NCBI GenBank assembly: GCA_002269645.1
Contig: NIVC01002896.1
Coordinates: forward strand, 67,366 to 131,365
Reading direction: 5' to 3'
Length of the DNA: 64,000 nucleotides
Source: Macrostomum lignano
Taxonomy: Eukaryota
The position numbers were made by a program, and so were the translations under genes. Positions 49,950 to 63,382 of the stretch are shown in pieces. Below the pieces are notes generated by a model. It made no database searches and was not told the origin of the DNA. It saw only the letters and a program-made list of their open reading frames with translations. Each line of letters opens with the position of its first letter. Position 1 is the first letter of the stretch.

Positions 49950-51451
49950 ATCCATTGCGACAGAGCTTCTCTAACAGGTGTCGAAATATCTGCTCGGATT
50001 GTAGCAGAGCGGACTCGACTAGAGGTCCGAATAGCGAGTCGCCGTCGCCATCTTTTAGAAACAAACAGCAATATTCAACACCCGAGAGGTCTTGTCGGCT
50101 CGCCAGAATCATTAGGGCTGTTTGGTTGTCGCAATTCGGCTGGAACAGCCCACTGCACGTGAATATGTCGCACAGGCTGTCATTGCGCAATAGGTTGACG
50201 TGGGCTGCCGTCACTGCGTCTCCACCGTTTGGTTTCAAAGCCATCTCAGGGAAAGAGATTTGCCTGCGTTCATTTGTGAGAGGGAATTATTGCAATAAGT
50301 TTTATTGTTGTGGGCTAAGGTGTCGGCAGTAGATCAAAAGTTTAGTCAAGAGTCAGCAGTTGATCAAGAGTCGGCAGTTGATCAAGAGTCAGCAGTTGAT
50401 CAAGAGTCGGCAGTTGATCAAGAGTCAGCAGTTGATCAAGAGTCGGCAGTTGATCAAGAGTCAGCTGTTGATCAAGAGTCAGCAGTTAATCAAGAGTCAG
50501 CAGTTGATCAAGAGTCAGCAGTTGATCAAGAGTCGGCAGTTGATCAAGAGTCAGCTGTTGATCAAGAGTCAGCAGTTGATCAAGAGTCAGCAGTTGATCA
50601 AGAGTCGGCAGTTGATCAAGAGTCAGCAGTTGATCAAGAGTCGGCAGTTGATCAAGAGTCAGCTGTTGATCAAGAGTCAGCAGTTAATCAAGAGTCAGCA
50701 GTTGATCAAGAGTCAGCAGTTGATCAAGAGTCGGCAGTTGATCAAGAGTCAGCTGTTGATCAAGAGTCAGCAGTTGATCAAGAGTCAGCAGTTGATCAAG
50801 AGTCGGCAGTTGATCAAGAGTCAGCTGTTGATCAAGAGTCAGCAGTTAATCAAGAGTCAGCAGTTGATCAAGAGTCAGCAGTTGATCAAGAGTCAGCAGT
50901 TGATCAAGAGTGTAAGAAAAAAAATCTGACTTACAATGCAGGCTGCTCATCAGCGGTGGGGCCAGGACTCGGATCTGTAATGTTTGATCGGAGATATGCA
51001 CAAAACATTGCAGAAGACTGTAATGTATTTTCGGAAGAAATTTTTTCTATTTCCATTTCCGAATTTTTAGCTATAGTGTAAGAATGAATTAAGCACTAAA
51101 GGTACTTTTTTCCTTTGTTAGAGTTGGAAAATGCACCCAGCCAGTCTCCTTACCATTTCTTTTCTCCTTCACTTGCAGTTCTTCGCTCTTTTCACTATTG
51201 ACAACATCCCATAGCTGTTTTTCGATTGCCTCAACGCTTTTGACCTTTGGCTCATTATCTGGCGATATGTATCGCTGGTACAAGGCTTCTATAATGGCTA
51301 TGGGATTTTCTTCAGCTAAATTTCTCTTTTGCTCCTTCGGCGACTCCGGCTGCCAGTCGGCTCCATCGCTAGTGAACTGCAAGTTGTTCATTTGCTGGAT
51401 CAGCTGGCTCCCAGATGGGGAAGTCTGGACACTTGTGGCCGCGGCAAGCAT
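49950..51451 (-). CDS. 5' part of an unknown protein with weak ankyrin-like motifs; exons 51451-51154, 51070-50935, 50263-49950
   Basis: Three exons join in frame at GT-AG sites (phases 1, 2, 1). NCDNQTALMILAS and DGDGDS.F resemble ankyrin repeats. Downstream exons unresolved. Confidence 0.6.
50335..50910. repeat. 18-bp minisatellite (GATCAAGAGTCAGCAGTT)n in intron
   Basis: About 32 copies with a periodic variant pattern. Confidence 0.95.
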
Positions 51452-54400
51452 TTTTATCTTGTTGTCCTTTTTAGTTTATAATATTCACTGATTATTTAAT
51501 TCGCTGAAAAGGTTGTTCACTCAATTTGTACTAAAGCTGCATTTTATAAAAAATAATAACAAATTGATAATTCATTAATCAAAAAATATTCTAAAATATT
51601 TTAGTTTATTTCAAATTAAATGGCAATTCCAATTCAAGCAGTTAAATTTAGATGTAACATTTCATTTTAAATTGTAAAAATTAATGCTGCCAAAATTGAA
51701 AAAAGTTAATTTTTTGTACTTTGTCAAATGCTATAGGCTATGATTATAAAATTCTGAAAGTGCTGACTGCAATAAAATGTGCCAGCAGACAAATGAATAC
51801 TTTTTAAGCGACACAATTATTGCATTTCTATACCTATTTATTATTACAGTATAAATTTAGGATAAAATAAAAAACTTTGCTTCTTTAACAATCACACCAG
51901 TTACTTTTGGGGTTGCAAATTAATGATAACTTCAAATAAACTAGGCCTATTTAACACAGAAACTACAGTTTAAACAAACAAAAAACCTGCCTATCCATTA
52001 TTCTGAAATTATTTTTTTTTGATCTCCAGCATTTTTTCGATAGATTATTTATAGACTTACAAGATTCAGTAGTGCAAAGACTAAAGAGTGAGCTTGAGAT
52101 TCCTTTAGGAAGACAGGGATGAAGAGAATAGAGTCGAAGTTAATTAGTATCACTTAATTGCTAAATTAATTAAAATGTTAAGTCACTTCCGTATACTAAG
52201 TTCTACCTTCGATCTCCGTTTCGTATAAGTTTAAATTTTTATCTTTGGATTTTTCCTTGGACTCAGTGAAGTGAGAACGGTTTCACCCAAATTTAAAATA
52301 GCTAAATTATTAACCGTGGTTCGAAACTTCGAATAAAAGCTTTCAAATTCATATTTTAGTAAAGCTAAAGAGTAAAGATTCTTTGAATGACTTCACATAG
52401 AGTTGCACAGATTTTTTAAAAAGTTGTGATCTTTACTTTGTTATTATTCAACTAAAAATAACGACAAAAGTATAATTCCACACAACGTTTGGCTCTTTTG
52501 TATTTTACAATTTCTTTAAAAAAACTAAAATAAGTGAAATTTTCTATTATAGTACATAATTTTTTGTAATGAAATGATGTAACTGAAATTGTGCTCTTAA
52601 ATTTTCGCATAAAGTCGAACTACACTGCAGAAATTCACTAAGTGATGCATTTTTTACATGGCGTTTATTATTTAATCCTGTCCTTCTGATCGTTTTTGAG
52701 ATTTTCTTGAGAAAAAAACAGAGCAATATAGAGAGATTTAGATATTCGTGACTTGTCAAGAAAATTTGTAATTGATTAATCTTTTAGCTACTGTTATATC
52801 TCTTAACATATATGCATGTACATTCGATGTATGCACTAAAAATAATCCAACGAAAATCCGGATTTAATCTGGCACTGCATCTGTCAGCTAGTAGCTTTGA
52901 TTACAAGACTTGAAGACTCTCAACCTCGCAGGCTCAAGGCCTAGCGATCGGCTACAGCTGTAGCTACGGTGTGCATGTACATGTACATGTACGTGCGTTG
53001 GACATGCAGACCAGATAGTCCGTCCCCGTTGCATTTATTTCTCAAATATCCTTTTGAATAGCTTTAAGACAGGCCAAACACTGCAGTTCTTACCCGAACT
53101 CCGGTAGGCAGGCGCAATCTTTCTCCTGTTCTCCGCCTCGTTGAAGACCGGTGCAGGTTATTCTTGCTGTCATTTTCAGTGTTCCAAAATATCATTTTAG
53201 AACGATGGAGCTATAGTGTCTCAAACCTTGAAACCTTTCTCGCTTTGGCAATTAGCATGAACTTCTACTATCTCTACCTCTTTATGCTTACGCACTTATA
53301 TTTAGACTTTTGCCATGGACATTCGTGTCTAAATATCGCTGTCATTCCCCCCGGCAATACATGTAGCATGACGTAGCATGTAAAACGATTCTCCTGAATT
53401 GCTGAGCCAGCAGAATGCATGCAGCGACTCAGGCAAACACGAAATTCAAGAAAAGACGGGCCAAGCTAACTTATATTGTTGTGTTCCTTCTCAAGCACCC
53501 CTCCAGTCGACCTTCAAGATATTCAACGATTCCGCCAGAATATCTTTTACAAGCTAGTGAATTTAGTACCACTCTGTGCGCCTCAGTACAGCCCTGCTAA
53601 GCCTTCAAATTTCATCCGCACATCGACCGCATGCACTTCGGTGGTCACTGGCCTTCCAACTATATGCCGCGGAGCTTCTGGACCTTCAACAGAAGCCACC
53701 TGGTCCTGGCCCTCAACGTCAACGCAGCCAACGTGAGACCGAGCTGCAACTAAAAGCTGCTGAATTCTGATTCACTCTTGTCTCATCAGGTCGGTCGTCA
53801 GAAGTGAAATCATTTCGATTTCGGGTTTGCCATGGCGTGACCGTGGCTGATTAAATTTCAGATCAATTTTTCATTATCGGCGACAATCTATTCTTCATGT
53901 GGCCGCATGCTGAGAGACATGCAATTTGTAGCTGCAAGAAAACCGAGTCGCATGTATTCATTAAAATTGTGATAAACGCAAGCAACTCTAACAAATCTGA
54001 GATTTCTCAGAGACCATCAGTCTTAAAACAATTAAATTCTAGGCAACAGTTTTGAGAATGCCTATGAGACTCGGCACAATATCCTTCATTTTCTACTGCG
54101 TGTAGAAATGAAATTTGCGAGTTGATACCGGTAGCACAGAGAATCAACGATCATTTTCCTACTCTAAGTAGTGCTTACGCAAGTTCTTCATCTAAAAGCA
54201 TGCCGAGGTTATAACAAAGCAGCAGAGGTTGGATATTCCTAAGGGCTGATCTCAGATGAATTTTTGCGAAGACCAGACAATTAAGGTTCCTATCTAGTCG
54301 AAAAACTTTTATTAGAAATAAGCTTTTGAAATAAATATTCAACTGTCCATTGAAAGCGATCCTGACACGTCCAGATGCAATGGTGTAACTTCGAGTGGTC

Positions 54401-56192
54401 GTTGTTAGTCCATGAAGCGGCAAAAAGGAACTGATCCCAAACCGATCCCAAAGGGTGACACAGCTTCGTCTTGACGAGCTGCTCAGTTGAACAAAACATC
54501 ATTTTAGAATGATGGGCCGTTGCCTGCTGTTGTAAGCAGTTTGCATACTGTCCAGCTGCCCTGTGACCATTTTGCTGCAATCAATTTAATCTGCATTGGT
54601 CCGCTATGCTGTACTCAGGGGCGTAGACAGGTGGTCAACAAACAACAATCTGAAGCTGCCCGATTAATTACTAAATAAGGAGTAACTAATGCGCTTGCTC
54701 AAGTAAAATGATTTCACTCGAAAGATTCAAGTTTCACTGCTGCATTTTGCAATGAACAATCGCGCTTGGTAGAACTATAGAGGCTTTGCGCATAGCAACT
54801 GCTCTCCCTGCATTATTGACTCCACCCGGCCGTCATTTAACCAGCGGCCTTCTATTCGTACTTGTATATTGCAATCGATTGAGTTTCTCGTTCGCCCTAT
54901 TTCCATGTGCGCAGTTTAGCTGCAGCAAGGTATATAGTCAAGCATGTAAGTGCACTGATACAGTTTGTTTTATGCGAGCGTAAGGCCAATACTCAGTGCC
55001 TGCTGGGGTTAATATTCTTTTATTTCTTTTGGTTGCATTTATGCAAATTCTCTCTTTAAAGTTAACGCCTCAATAGTCAGAAGCAGTTGCAATTCGCGAA
55101 AAAATACAAAGCTGTTCTGAGGAATTCGGCTGAGCTTCCTGGTCACGGGGACCGGCTAGCGTTTTACATGTAGACTCGGGACCGCAAGGTTCGGCTTGAA
55201 GGTTGAAACGCGAGAGCGGAAATCGCTTCTTTTGCATATGCAGCATAACGTTTCGATGCAGTCTTATGCGTTGGGCTCTCTTGCGCACACGCATGCTATC
55301 GAAATGAGCGGCCAGTGAAAGAGAAAATTCTGGTCCAATTTCTAAGGCGATTTGCTCTGCCCACTGTTTCAGCCCTGAGCGCACAATCATTGCATACTTG
55401 GCCTGGTTGTCTGAGATTTTTGGCTTCCTGGCCCTGCCTTCTATTCTGGCCGTCTTTCCGTGTCTTCTGTCTGTCTGTATTTGCGCACGCACGATCTATA
55501 GGTAAGGTTTAAAGCTCAGGGGGGTTGGCGATTAAAAGTAAGGGGCCAAGCTCAAGCCCGCGGACAATTTGTGTGAACCCTTGCGCTTCGCCCTCTCTGT
55601 GCTGTGCTGCCTTTCGGCGCCTATTGGTTAGCACTGCATGGGGTTGGCAGCCGCACGACTATGTAAAGCGACGACCCACCCCAACTTTCGTCTGGAAAGT
55701 TATTCTTCCACTCATCAACTGTCGCACTCGTCTAGCTTTTCCATTCGCAAAGTAGAGCTGACAATTGTAAGAACCGAGGACAAGCTTGTACAACAATCTT
55801 CAAGAATATAGTCTTGCCCGAAGCGTGCTGTTGTTCTCACCGATAGAATAATACGGTACAAACGCTGCGCAGCAGCAGACAGTGTCCAAATCAGACAGAA
55901 TTTTCAACTGCTCAGGAATTTTAACCTCGCGTCTGGTGTGACTCACTGTGAAGCGAAGCCGCAACACTGTCACAAAAGAAATTCTGCAATCTAGGACGAG
56001 AACAGACGAGTGCTTGTGCAACGTGTGCTTTAAATTACCCCTTAGGCGTGGCAATAGACGCCTTAAAACCATTTCATCAGGGAGAGTTTAAAACCCTCGA
56101 CAAAATGCAAGTAGGGGCGAGAGTAGCTCCGCACGGTAAGCACGCACCTTAGAGCATGGTACAGCAGTGCTCTCTATAGTCTGCCGAACGAA

Positions 56193-58634
56193 ATGCTGCA
56201 TCTGTACTATCAAGACTTTCTCGGAGTGCACTTGAATGGACGAAAGAACGCCTCCAGCGATAGTCAAGAGCGGTTAGCTGCGCAGGAGCGTCTGGCAGCC
56301 CAGTGTGACACTAGCGCCGTCGACCAGCTCAACGAGGCTTTCTGCCGGTCCGAGCAGTGTCAGCACTGTCGGTTGATTGGCGAGGTGCGCGACTTTTCTG
56401 ACTGGCGTGCCAAGGCTCTGAAAGAGCTAGCCCAGCACAACTCCGTGGTCAACTGTTGGGTGCACATCCTCGCCGCTCCAATTGACTGGAAGACTGTCCG
56501 GTACGATCCCTGTCTATGCCCGTTTGCGTTCGGCTACTGGGGCCTGAGATGGCAGCCGTCAAATGTGGAAGCAGCCTGCCTGCTGCTGGCCCAGTCGTTT
56601 GCGGTTGGCGTCGACGTTCATTTGAGACTATCAAACTCAGCCTCGCTCATTCCGTGCCATTCGTTTCTGCTCCATGACTTTATTCGACTATATAAGCATC
56701 GCTCCTGGCCACAGGACAGCAAAAGCCAGCTGCTAAAGGAGAATGGAAAGCTTATACTTCAGCTCAACTACAAGTATTACTCGTTAGAGATTCTCCAGTT
56801 TGTATTATACTCGGCTTACGGATACATAATCAACCTCAGCGCAGAGGAGATCACAAGTCAGACATTCACTTTGCTGAAGTCGGTAGTGCAGCATTTCACA
56901 GGGGAGCCTAGATCAATCTGCAGGCACCTTGTTGACATTCCTGGCCTCCTTACAAACCTCATTGTGCTGCTCGATCGACTGGTTCGGCGATTAGATTTTT
57001 CAGACCCAGCGCTCTGTCAGCTGATTCCCGACATGGTCAGTCTGTTCCGAGTGAATCGCCTGTTTGATGAGCTCCGACAGAAGTTACTTGGCAGGTTGTA
57101 CTCGGAAGCGAAAGCCCGTCTAGAGGACGGTGTCGCAGATGTTTCGATCTTGCGGCGACTTCACCAGCCGGAGCGCTGCCACGAAGGCGACTGCATTTAT
57201 CTGGACGTGGCGGTTAATCTCTTTAAAAATCAGGTACTGCGCCTCCAGCCGGTAGAAAACGGAGGTCTAACCACATTGGAAGCAAGTCTGCAAGCTTATC
57301 TGTCCGATCTCGTAGATTTGTACGAGATTAATAAATCTGAAGCGATGATAAAGGCGACTCGGGATCTGCGATGTGTCGCGGGAATTTTGTGCCTCTTGGG
57401 CCCAACTTGTTCTGGCAGCGTTTCCAGTTTTCAAAGCTTTCTAACTCACGTGCTAGACACATTGATGCTGCTTTTATGCGACCAGATTGTGCTAAACTTC
57501 AGCGAGGTTTTGCTGATTCACAACGCCAGATTTTCTAAGCGAGTCGCCTTTCAGTCCCATCTGAGTCTTATTAGGCACCACAATATGCCTGACAACACAT
57601 TTTGGAATCCGGTAGCCACCGCGAGCAAACAGAGAGGACTCGAATTGGTACTCGTGCACTTCAGATTTGCAGTATCTTCCGCCCAAGCAATCATTCATCT
57701 AACGAAGCGTCTAAGGCATTCGGGCTCTGCCGACTTTACTGATATCGATCTCGATCTGCTGAACGGATTTTACAAAGAGCTGAGCAGCTCCGAACTATCC
57801 GACATCGTAGGATATCAAACTCTGGCCCGAGGCGTCGAGCAGTTACAACAGGCTGTTGCCAATGTGAGCGCACGCGACATGAGAAGCATCGCCTACGCTT
57901 CGTACTCAACAGTACGCATGCCGCGCATGCGGTTGGTTGCACAAACCGTAGCTTTGCTGAGCGACACCGCTGCCTCTCAACATAATATTGAGAAGCTGCT
58001 CGCGTCTGAAGTCAACCAGGCGTCAGAGGGTCGGCAAATTCTGTGCACGGAAGAGGCGCTGAAACGCCTGGTCCGAGAGCTCAACCCCGTACAGTTCTTC
58101 GCGAGACTGCAGCACAACACGGAACTGTGGAATCGACTCGAATCGTTCGACGCGTCGTCCAACTGTAGCTTCAGCGCAATCACCGCGAAACCGCAGCAGC
58201 ACCAACCTGCCTGCCCCGATCATGGCTCCTACCATCAGGCATGCCTTCTGTGGGCCTGGTTCCGCTCGGTCGTGTCAGCAGTTGCCGTTCTCCGCCGGAC
58301 CAGCCGCGTGTTCGCCTCACCGGACGCAGTTCGAGGCAGCGTAGAGCGCTTCATCGCCGTCAATGCGGACTTCTTTGAAGCGCACGCTGGCGACCTGCTG
58401 GAGAGTGGCGAGATGGAGCCGGCGCTCCACGACCTGCTGACCGACTTGCTAACCAAGATTCGGCAGCGCAGACGAAGGGTCCAAGCCCTATCGCGTTTAC
58501 CGCCACCGCCCGGGGCGGCTGCCCCAGGCCAGTCAGAGGTGGGTTCCGCAACAGCGGCCAGTGTAAATGGTTTGTCATTCGAATTGAGACTTCTGCCCAG
58601 CCTGTGCTTTCATTTTGTACAGCAGAAAGCTTAA
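56193..58634 (+). CDS. Uncharacterised 813-aa Leu-rich, probably helical protein (single long ORF)
   Basis: 2442-nt uninterrupted non-repetitive ORF. A possible donor GAG|GTGGGT near 58540 could alter the C-terminus. No motif recognised. Confidence 0.75.
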   Translation: MLHLYYQDFLGVHLNGRKNASSDSQERLAAQERLAAQCDTSAVDQLNEAFCRSEQCQHCRLIGEVRDFSDWRAKALKELAQHNSVVNCWVHILAAPIDWKTVRYDPCLCPFAFGYWGLRWQPSNVEAACLLLAQSFAVGVDVHLRLSNSASLIPCHSFLLHDFIRLYKHRSWPQDSKSQLLKENGKLILQLNYKYYSLEILQFVLYSAYGYIINLSAEEITSQTFTLLKSVVQHFTGEPRSICRHLVDIPGLLTNLIVLLDRLVRRLDFSDPALCQLIPDMVSLFRVNRLFDELRQKLLGRLYSEAKARLEDGVADVSILRRLHQPERCHEGDCIYLDVAVNLFKNQVLRLQPVENGGLTTLEASLQAYLSDLVDLYEINKSEAMIKATRDLRCVAGILCLLGPTCSGSVSSFQSFLTHVLDTLMLLLCDQIVLNFSEVLLIHNARFSKRVAFQSHLSLIRHHNMPDNTFWNPVATASKQRGLELVLVHFRFAVSSAQAIIHLTKRLRHSGSADFTDIDLDLLNGFYKELSSSELSDIVGYQTLARGVEQLQQAVANVSARDMRSIAYASYSTVRMPRMRLVAQTVALLSDTAASQHNIEKLLASEVNQASEGRQILCTEEALKRLVRELNPVQFFARLQHNTELWNRLESFDASSNCSFSAITAKPQQHQPACPDHGSYHQACLLWAWFRSVVSAVAVLRRTSRVFASPDAVRGSVERFIAVNADFFEAHAGDLLESGEMEPALHDLLTDLLTKIRQRRRRVQALSRLPPPPGAAAPGQSEVGSATAASVNGLSFELRLLPSLCFHFVQQKA

Positions 58635-60099
58635 TCCGCTATTCTAGCGAACTATTGCAGGACATTTCAATCTCAATGCTACTGCTACTTGGTTTCATAC
58701 TGTGCAGAGTTTTTAGATTGAAGTGGATAGAAGAGAGGGCACGTAAGACTCTGATTCGATATACGCCATGCTAATCAAGAGAGAGAGATCAGTCTCGAGT
58801 TTGCATCAGTCCACAGGAAAACTAGTACATAGTTGTTTCAGTTGGATTTCCTTCACTATCTAAGGAAATGTTTTACTCAGATTCCAAATTATCAGCGGCT
58901 TTAACGGCACAGACAGTCATGAAAATAAGTCACTATCAGTTTCTTGATGTCGTACAGTTGACGTCATTTTTATCCAATTAGAGTTATAATTGCGCCATTC
59001 ATTTTTCTTTATGATAATACTGTAACAGCCGCTCACAATACAGCACCTCAATAATGAGCACCATTACTCTCTGTGCAGTCTTTTTAAACTGGTCAATGTC
59101 ACCATCTAACACTGCTGCAGTTTTTAATAAAAATCAAGTCATTTGCGTGCTTTGTTATAATGATTTTATATATTCATATTGAACGCAACTACCATGTAAT
59201 GAAAGTTGAATGCTGAACTCAGTGCGTCAAGTAAGGCTGCTTACTGTCCTGTCGGTGGTACAAATTTTGTTTGAAATTATACCGTGTACTGAATTACTGT
59301 GAGGCTAGAAAATATAACTAGGAAAAAATATTTTGACGTCCATCGCAAAGTGCCCAGTTCTAATTCTATTTATTTAGCTGCCTGCTGTGAGCTTCCGTTT
59401 CGCATTCAGGCTCTCATAGTTTGCCAGTTTGCTTTTTGCTGTCCGAGCCGAGCAAATAATTATAAGATTTAGCCAAATTGGGGCAATACTGAGCTGACTA
59501 GGGGTAAATATGCGTGACAGCTCGCGGTTCATGCTGAAGCAGTGGCGCGTCTGAGTCATGGACAGATAAATACGACTCTAATAGTGACATCAACTACTGT
59601 ACATACAATTGAGTGCGCTCATCTGCTTTATGGCATCTCAGGCTGTCTAGGCTAATTATCGTACTCGGATAGTAGGTAAAAATGCGTCAAAAACACCACA
59701 GAAAGCATTCGGGCATCTGTTTCATTTATGGTCGGCCTGTTGCTGATGGAGGAGCTTGTTTAAAAACATCATAAACCAGCATCTTTCTTCCAGGTGTTAA
59801 TTCGAAATATTAAACAGCAAATATAAACATCTTCATTTGTATGAAAACTATGGTGTGATGCATTTTACTACTCACAGTAAGGTGTTTGAAATATTTTTAT
59901 TAAATCCTTCCAATTTTCACCAGCTGCATCTGCACTCAGCAACATTGAAAATCGCCGTCTCAGAGCCTTGGCGAGAGCGATTGCACGACTTCAGCTCACT
60001 ACACTGTGATGGCGCAAGTTTTTCCAACTCTCGCCCAGGCGCACTGGCTGAGACAGAATGTACTCTAACTGTGCACCGCTGATATTACATGTACTTGAT

Positions 60100-60600
60100 A
60101 TTTTAACTTGTGCCATACAAAAACAACAAATTACGCAGCCCCGGAAGCAAAGTCACAGAGCAGGGTGCGTCAGATTGCGCGCCGCAGAGCCTGAGAGCGA
60201 ACGAAGTCGCGCCTTTGGCAGTGTCGGGCGCCCCGGCGTCGCGTAGGAGGCAGTCCACGTATCTAGGGGTTTGGGCTTGACCCCGCCTGAGCGGGCCCTG
60301 CAGGGTGAGCAGCAGGACGTCCTGAACAGGTTGGGGCTAGCCTTCGGCCTGGATCACGTGGCCCGCCAGTTAAAGTCGCCGCCGGCGCAGGATGATGGAC
60401 GGGCGCTGCAGCTTGGCCCGATCGTACAGGGCCTCGGTCCCGACACTCTCGTCAGCTCGAAAGGCCGCACGGAGCAGCCCTGAGTGCGCTGAGTCCAGCT
60501 GCCGCTCCAGCGTAGCCGTCAGCGTCCAAGTCTCGGCGTTGTAGAGCAGGACGGTTTCGACCACCGCCCATTCGCATTGTGCCATGCGGATGGAGAAGCT
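60100..60600 (-). mobile_element. 5'-truncated RTE-like non-LTR retrotransposon 3' end
   Basis: VVETVLLYNAETWTLT..LLRAAF..LRRRRL*LAGHVI, the post-RT region typical of RTE-clade ORF2. Confidence 0.8.
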
Positions 60601-62262
60601 TTGAAAGCACGTCAGAGTGAACTCGCGCAGCCTCACCAGCACGCATATGAACCATTTTTAGTATGTGGACGAAGATGCGTCTTATATTTCTAATTCTATT
60701 AATGCTCAACTATTAGATTTCTAAGTCGTCAGCTGCAGTTGCTTTAATAAGCATAATTACTCCGCCCGTCGCGTGCAGTCACGTGAGCCGGCAGGAGCGT
60801 GCCAGAGAGAAAAGTGCAAATCCAAGGAAGCGAAAAGGCGGCGGCTGGCCAGAAACTCACTCTCAAGGCTACGCAAAGCTTTAATTAGTGACAGAAAATA
60901 ACGAGCTATGAGCTATGACGCCAAGAGAGGGCGTCTTCGCGTCGGCAGTTTTCTTATCTCTGAAGTTTTCCCATTTTCCTGCGAAGTTTTGCATTTAAAA
61001 TAATCCAGAAAGTACTTAACCTTGTCAGTTGATGCATTTGATGCTGGACTGGCTGATGGATACTCTGTAGACATTGGTTATCTGTCAGTTCTGACTGCAG
61101 GTTCGTCTGACTCTGGTTGTCATGCGATGCTGCTTATCGCCCCCAATTGGAGGTAATATTACAAATAAGTGACGCAAATGCCAAATTCGGGACACAAATC
61201 AATGCTATGGTCTGCTGTCAGATTTGGAAACTCATTCACCCTAAAAGAGTTCTTTAAGGAAGGAGAAACATGCTTTCTACACAAAGCCGATCAAAGTAAA
61301 AACACAACACTAAAGCTGTTTGTACTAGTACTGTATCTGTCTTTGCGACAAAACATCCGACTCAAATGTTGAGTACTTTCTACTGAGCATCGTTTAGACA
61401 ATGTATTAAAATTTCAGTTGTTGTTTAGCGCAGTAGCATCTGCAACTGTAGCCACCTGTTTGATGATTCTTAGGCGCAAAAATAAGCGTTGAGTGTCGCC
61501 CAGTGCTGTCTCTGATCCCTCTCGACTAGCTTCAGGCGCGCCGGCTTAATGATGAAGGCGAGCTTATCAAGAGCGTATTAGAGACTCAATGCCGATGCAC
61601 ATCGCTGCAATTTCTTGCTATTCGAATTGAGAATTACCTCAAACGTGACTGCTTCTTCATTACAGACTAGAGTTTGGTAAGCCCCCGCAGCTCATGCCAG
61701 ATTAGTGTGGAGCAAAAGTACAAAAGTACAATTCTTGTGCTGCATAATGAAAACAAGTTGCTGATCGAGATCCAGGGCTCGAGATCAAAATTGCCGAACT
61801 TTTTGCCATAACGTTTGATAGAAAAATCGAAGATGTCTCAAATTTCACACTGTCCTTCGTTTAGATAAAAGCAGCATACTGTGAAAAGCTGACGTCAATA
61901 GGACCTGCTTGTCACACGTTATACCACAATTATCGGCACTTTAAAACAAAGGCATATCGTAAAGAAGTCTCTCAAAGTGCCGATAATTGTCGCATAAATT
62001 CTGATTGGAAAATCCTACTGCCTTCAGATTTTCACAACCTGGTGCCATCATTTGTGGAGGTGGCTGGGTAAAACTGGAAGCCTCCGAATTTGTTGAATCA
62101 AAATTTATAGCGAAATTTCGGCACTTTCGAGGCGAAAACATTAAGCATTGAACAAATAGGAGATATAAAGGCACTTTGTTGTATACAGTATATTTAAGAT
62201 ATATATTTTATATGGGTTGCAAAAATATTTAAGCAGAAACCAAATTGTTTGGGCGATAAAGT

Positions 62263-63382
62263 TTATAATTTGTCGAGGGATCTGAACACCGGGTAGTACG
62301 CAATCGGCTGCTTCCAGTTTGATCCAACACCGCGCAGTACAGCCACAACAACCTCATCTACAGGGTTGGCTGCGCCTGGCACTCCTGGTATTGTGGCAAG
62401 CCCAGTGATCACGTCCTGGTATTGATAGTAACGAACCGAGCGGGAAATGCTCATACCATCAAAGCGCAAGGTAGCACAAGGTAGACTCGGTCACGACTGT
62501 CGCCACTTTGCATGTGTTTGGATAGCCCACTGAGAGTTACAGGGCAGAGCCCGGTTGACGCAAAGTACGTTTTGATCCGTCGCTTCAATGAAGAGTGCGA
62601 TGGTAGCGGTAGCTCCCAATCTTCTCGCAGCATTCGATACGCAGCAGGGCTCTTGTGATGCAGTTGAATAGCAGCGGCCATGTCCTCTGCTGACCAGCAC
62701 ATCCGAAGAGGCTTGAGTCTTCGCTGACGATACTCTTTGGTCAGCAGCCGACCGACCAGGTTGTTCTTGAGAGCAGCTTGGGCCTTTAGCTTTAGGGCTT
62801 GACGCCGTAGCTTCTTCACTATTGACTTCTGACGCCTCAGCTGCTTCTGCTTTGCTTTCTGTCGCCGTTTCTGATCTAGCTTTTTCTTCTGTCGAGTCTT
62901 TTCGTTGCTCAACAAGGGCGAGGGAACCGCTGCCGCAATCTTGGACGCGCCGGCAGGCTGTTGAAGCTGCAGTTCTGCTGCGTCCTGCTCGGATGTGACT
63001 AGCTGTGTCTCCCTGGTTAGCTGTGGCGGGTACATGTTGTCCGCCTCCTCATCACTCCGCAAGATGACAGACTCCAGATTCTCTGGCAGCAATCGAGGCA
63101 TCACTAGCTGCAGATCGGGAAGAGCGTTCCACTTCAGCCGAGAGCCTGGTTCATGTCGCATGGCAGCTGGGCAAGAGTACGCCTCTTCCACAAAATGATC
63201 GCTGCACACTTTTAAGTCTGCATCGAACTTCCTCGAGCGGGAACGGCAGCTCCAGAATCTGCATCCATCGCGTAGCGGTTGCCATATCTTGAGGAAATTG
63301 GTGCAGCTTGATAGGTGTTTTGAGGCGGAGAGGTAACTGCCTTATTTTTGCAGCCTGCAGCACAGCAGATTTTTGAGTTCAT
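62263..63382 (-). pseudogene. THAP-domain P-element (THAP9-like) transposase remnant
   Basis: THAP split over three frames (CCAAGC / KLHQFPQD..RW / VCSDHF..LKWNALP), then WSAEDMAAAIQL..SPAAYRML..LPLPS.SSL and LRFDGMSI..D.ITG..VLRGVGSNWKQPIAYY. The remaining catalytic region was not found. Confidence 0.85.

Noticed and set aside
53400-55500. Short ORFs at 53476, 54290 and 55070 as genes
   Set aside because: Protein-like stretches, but no recognisable motif or consistent splice model could be built.
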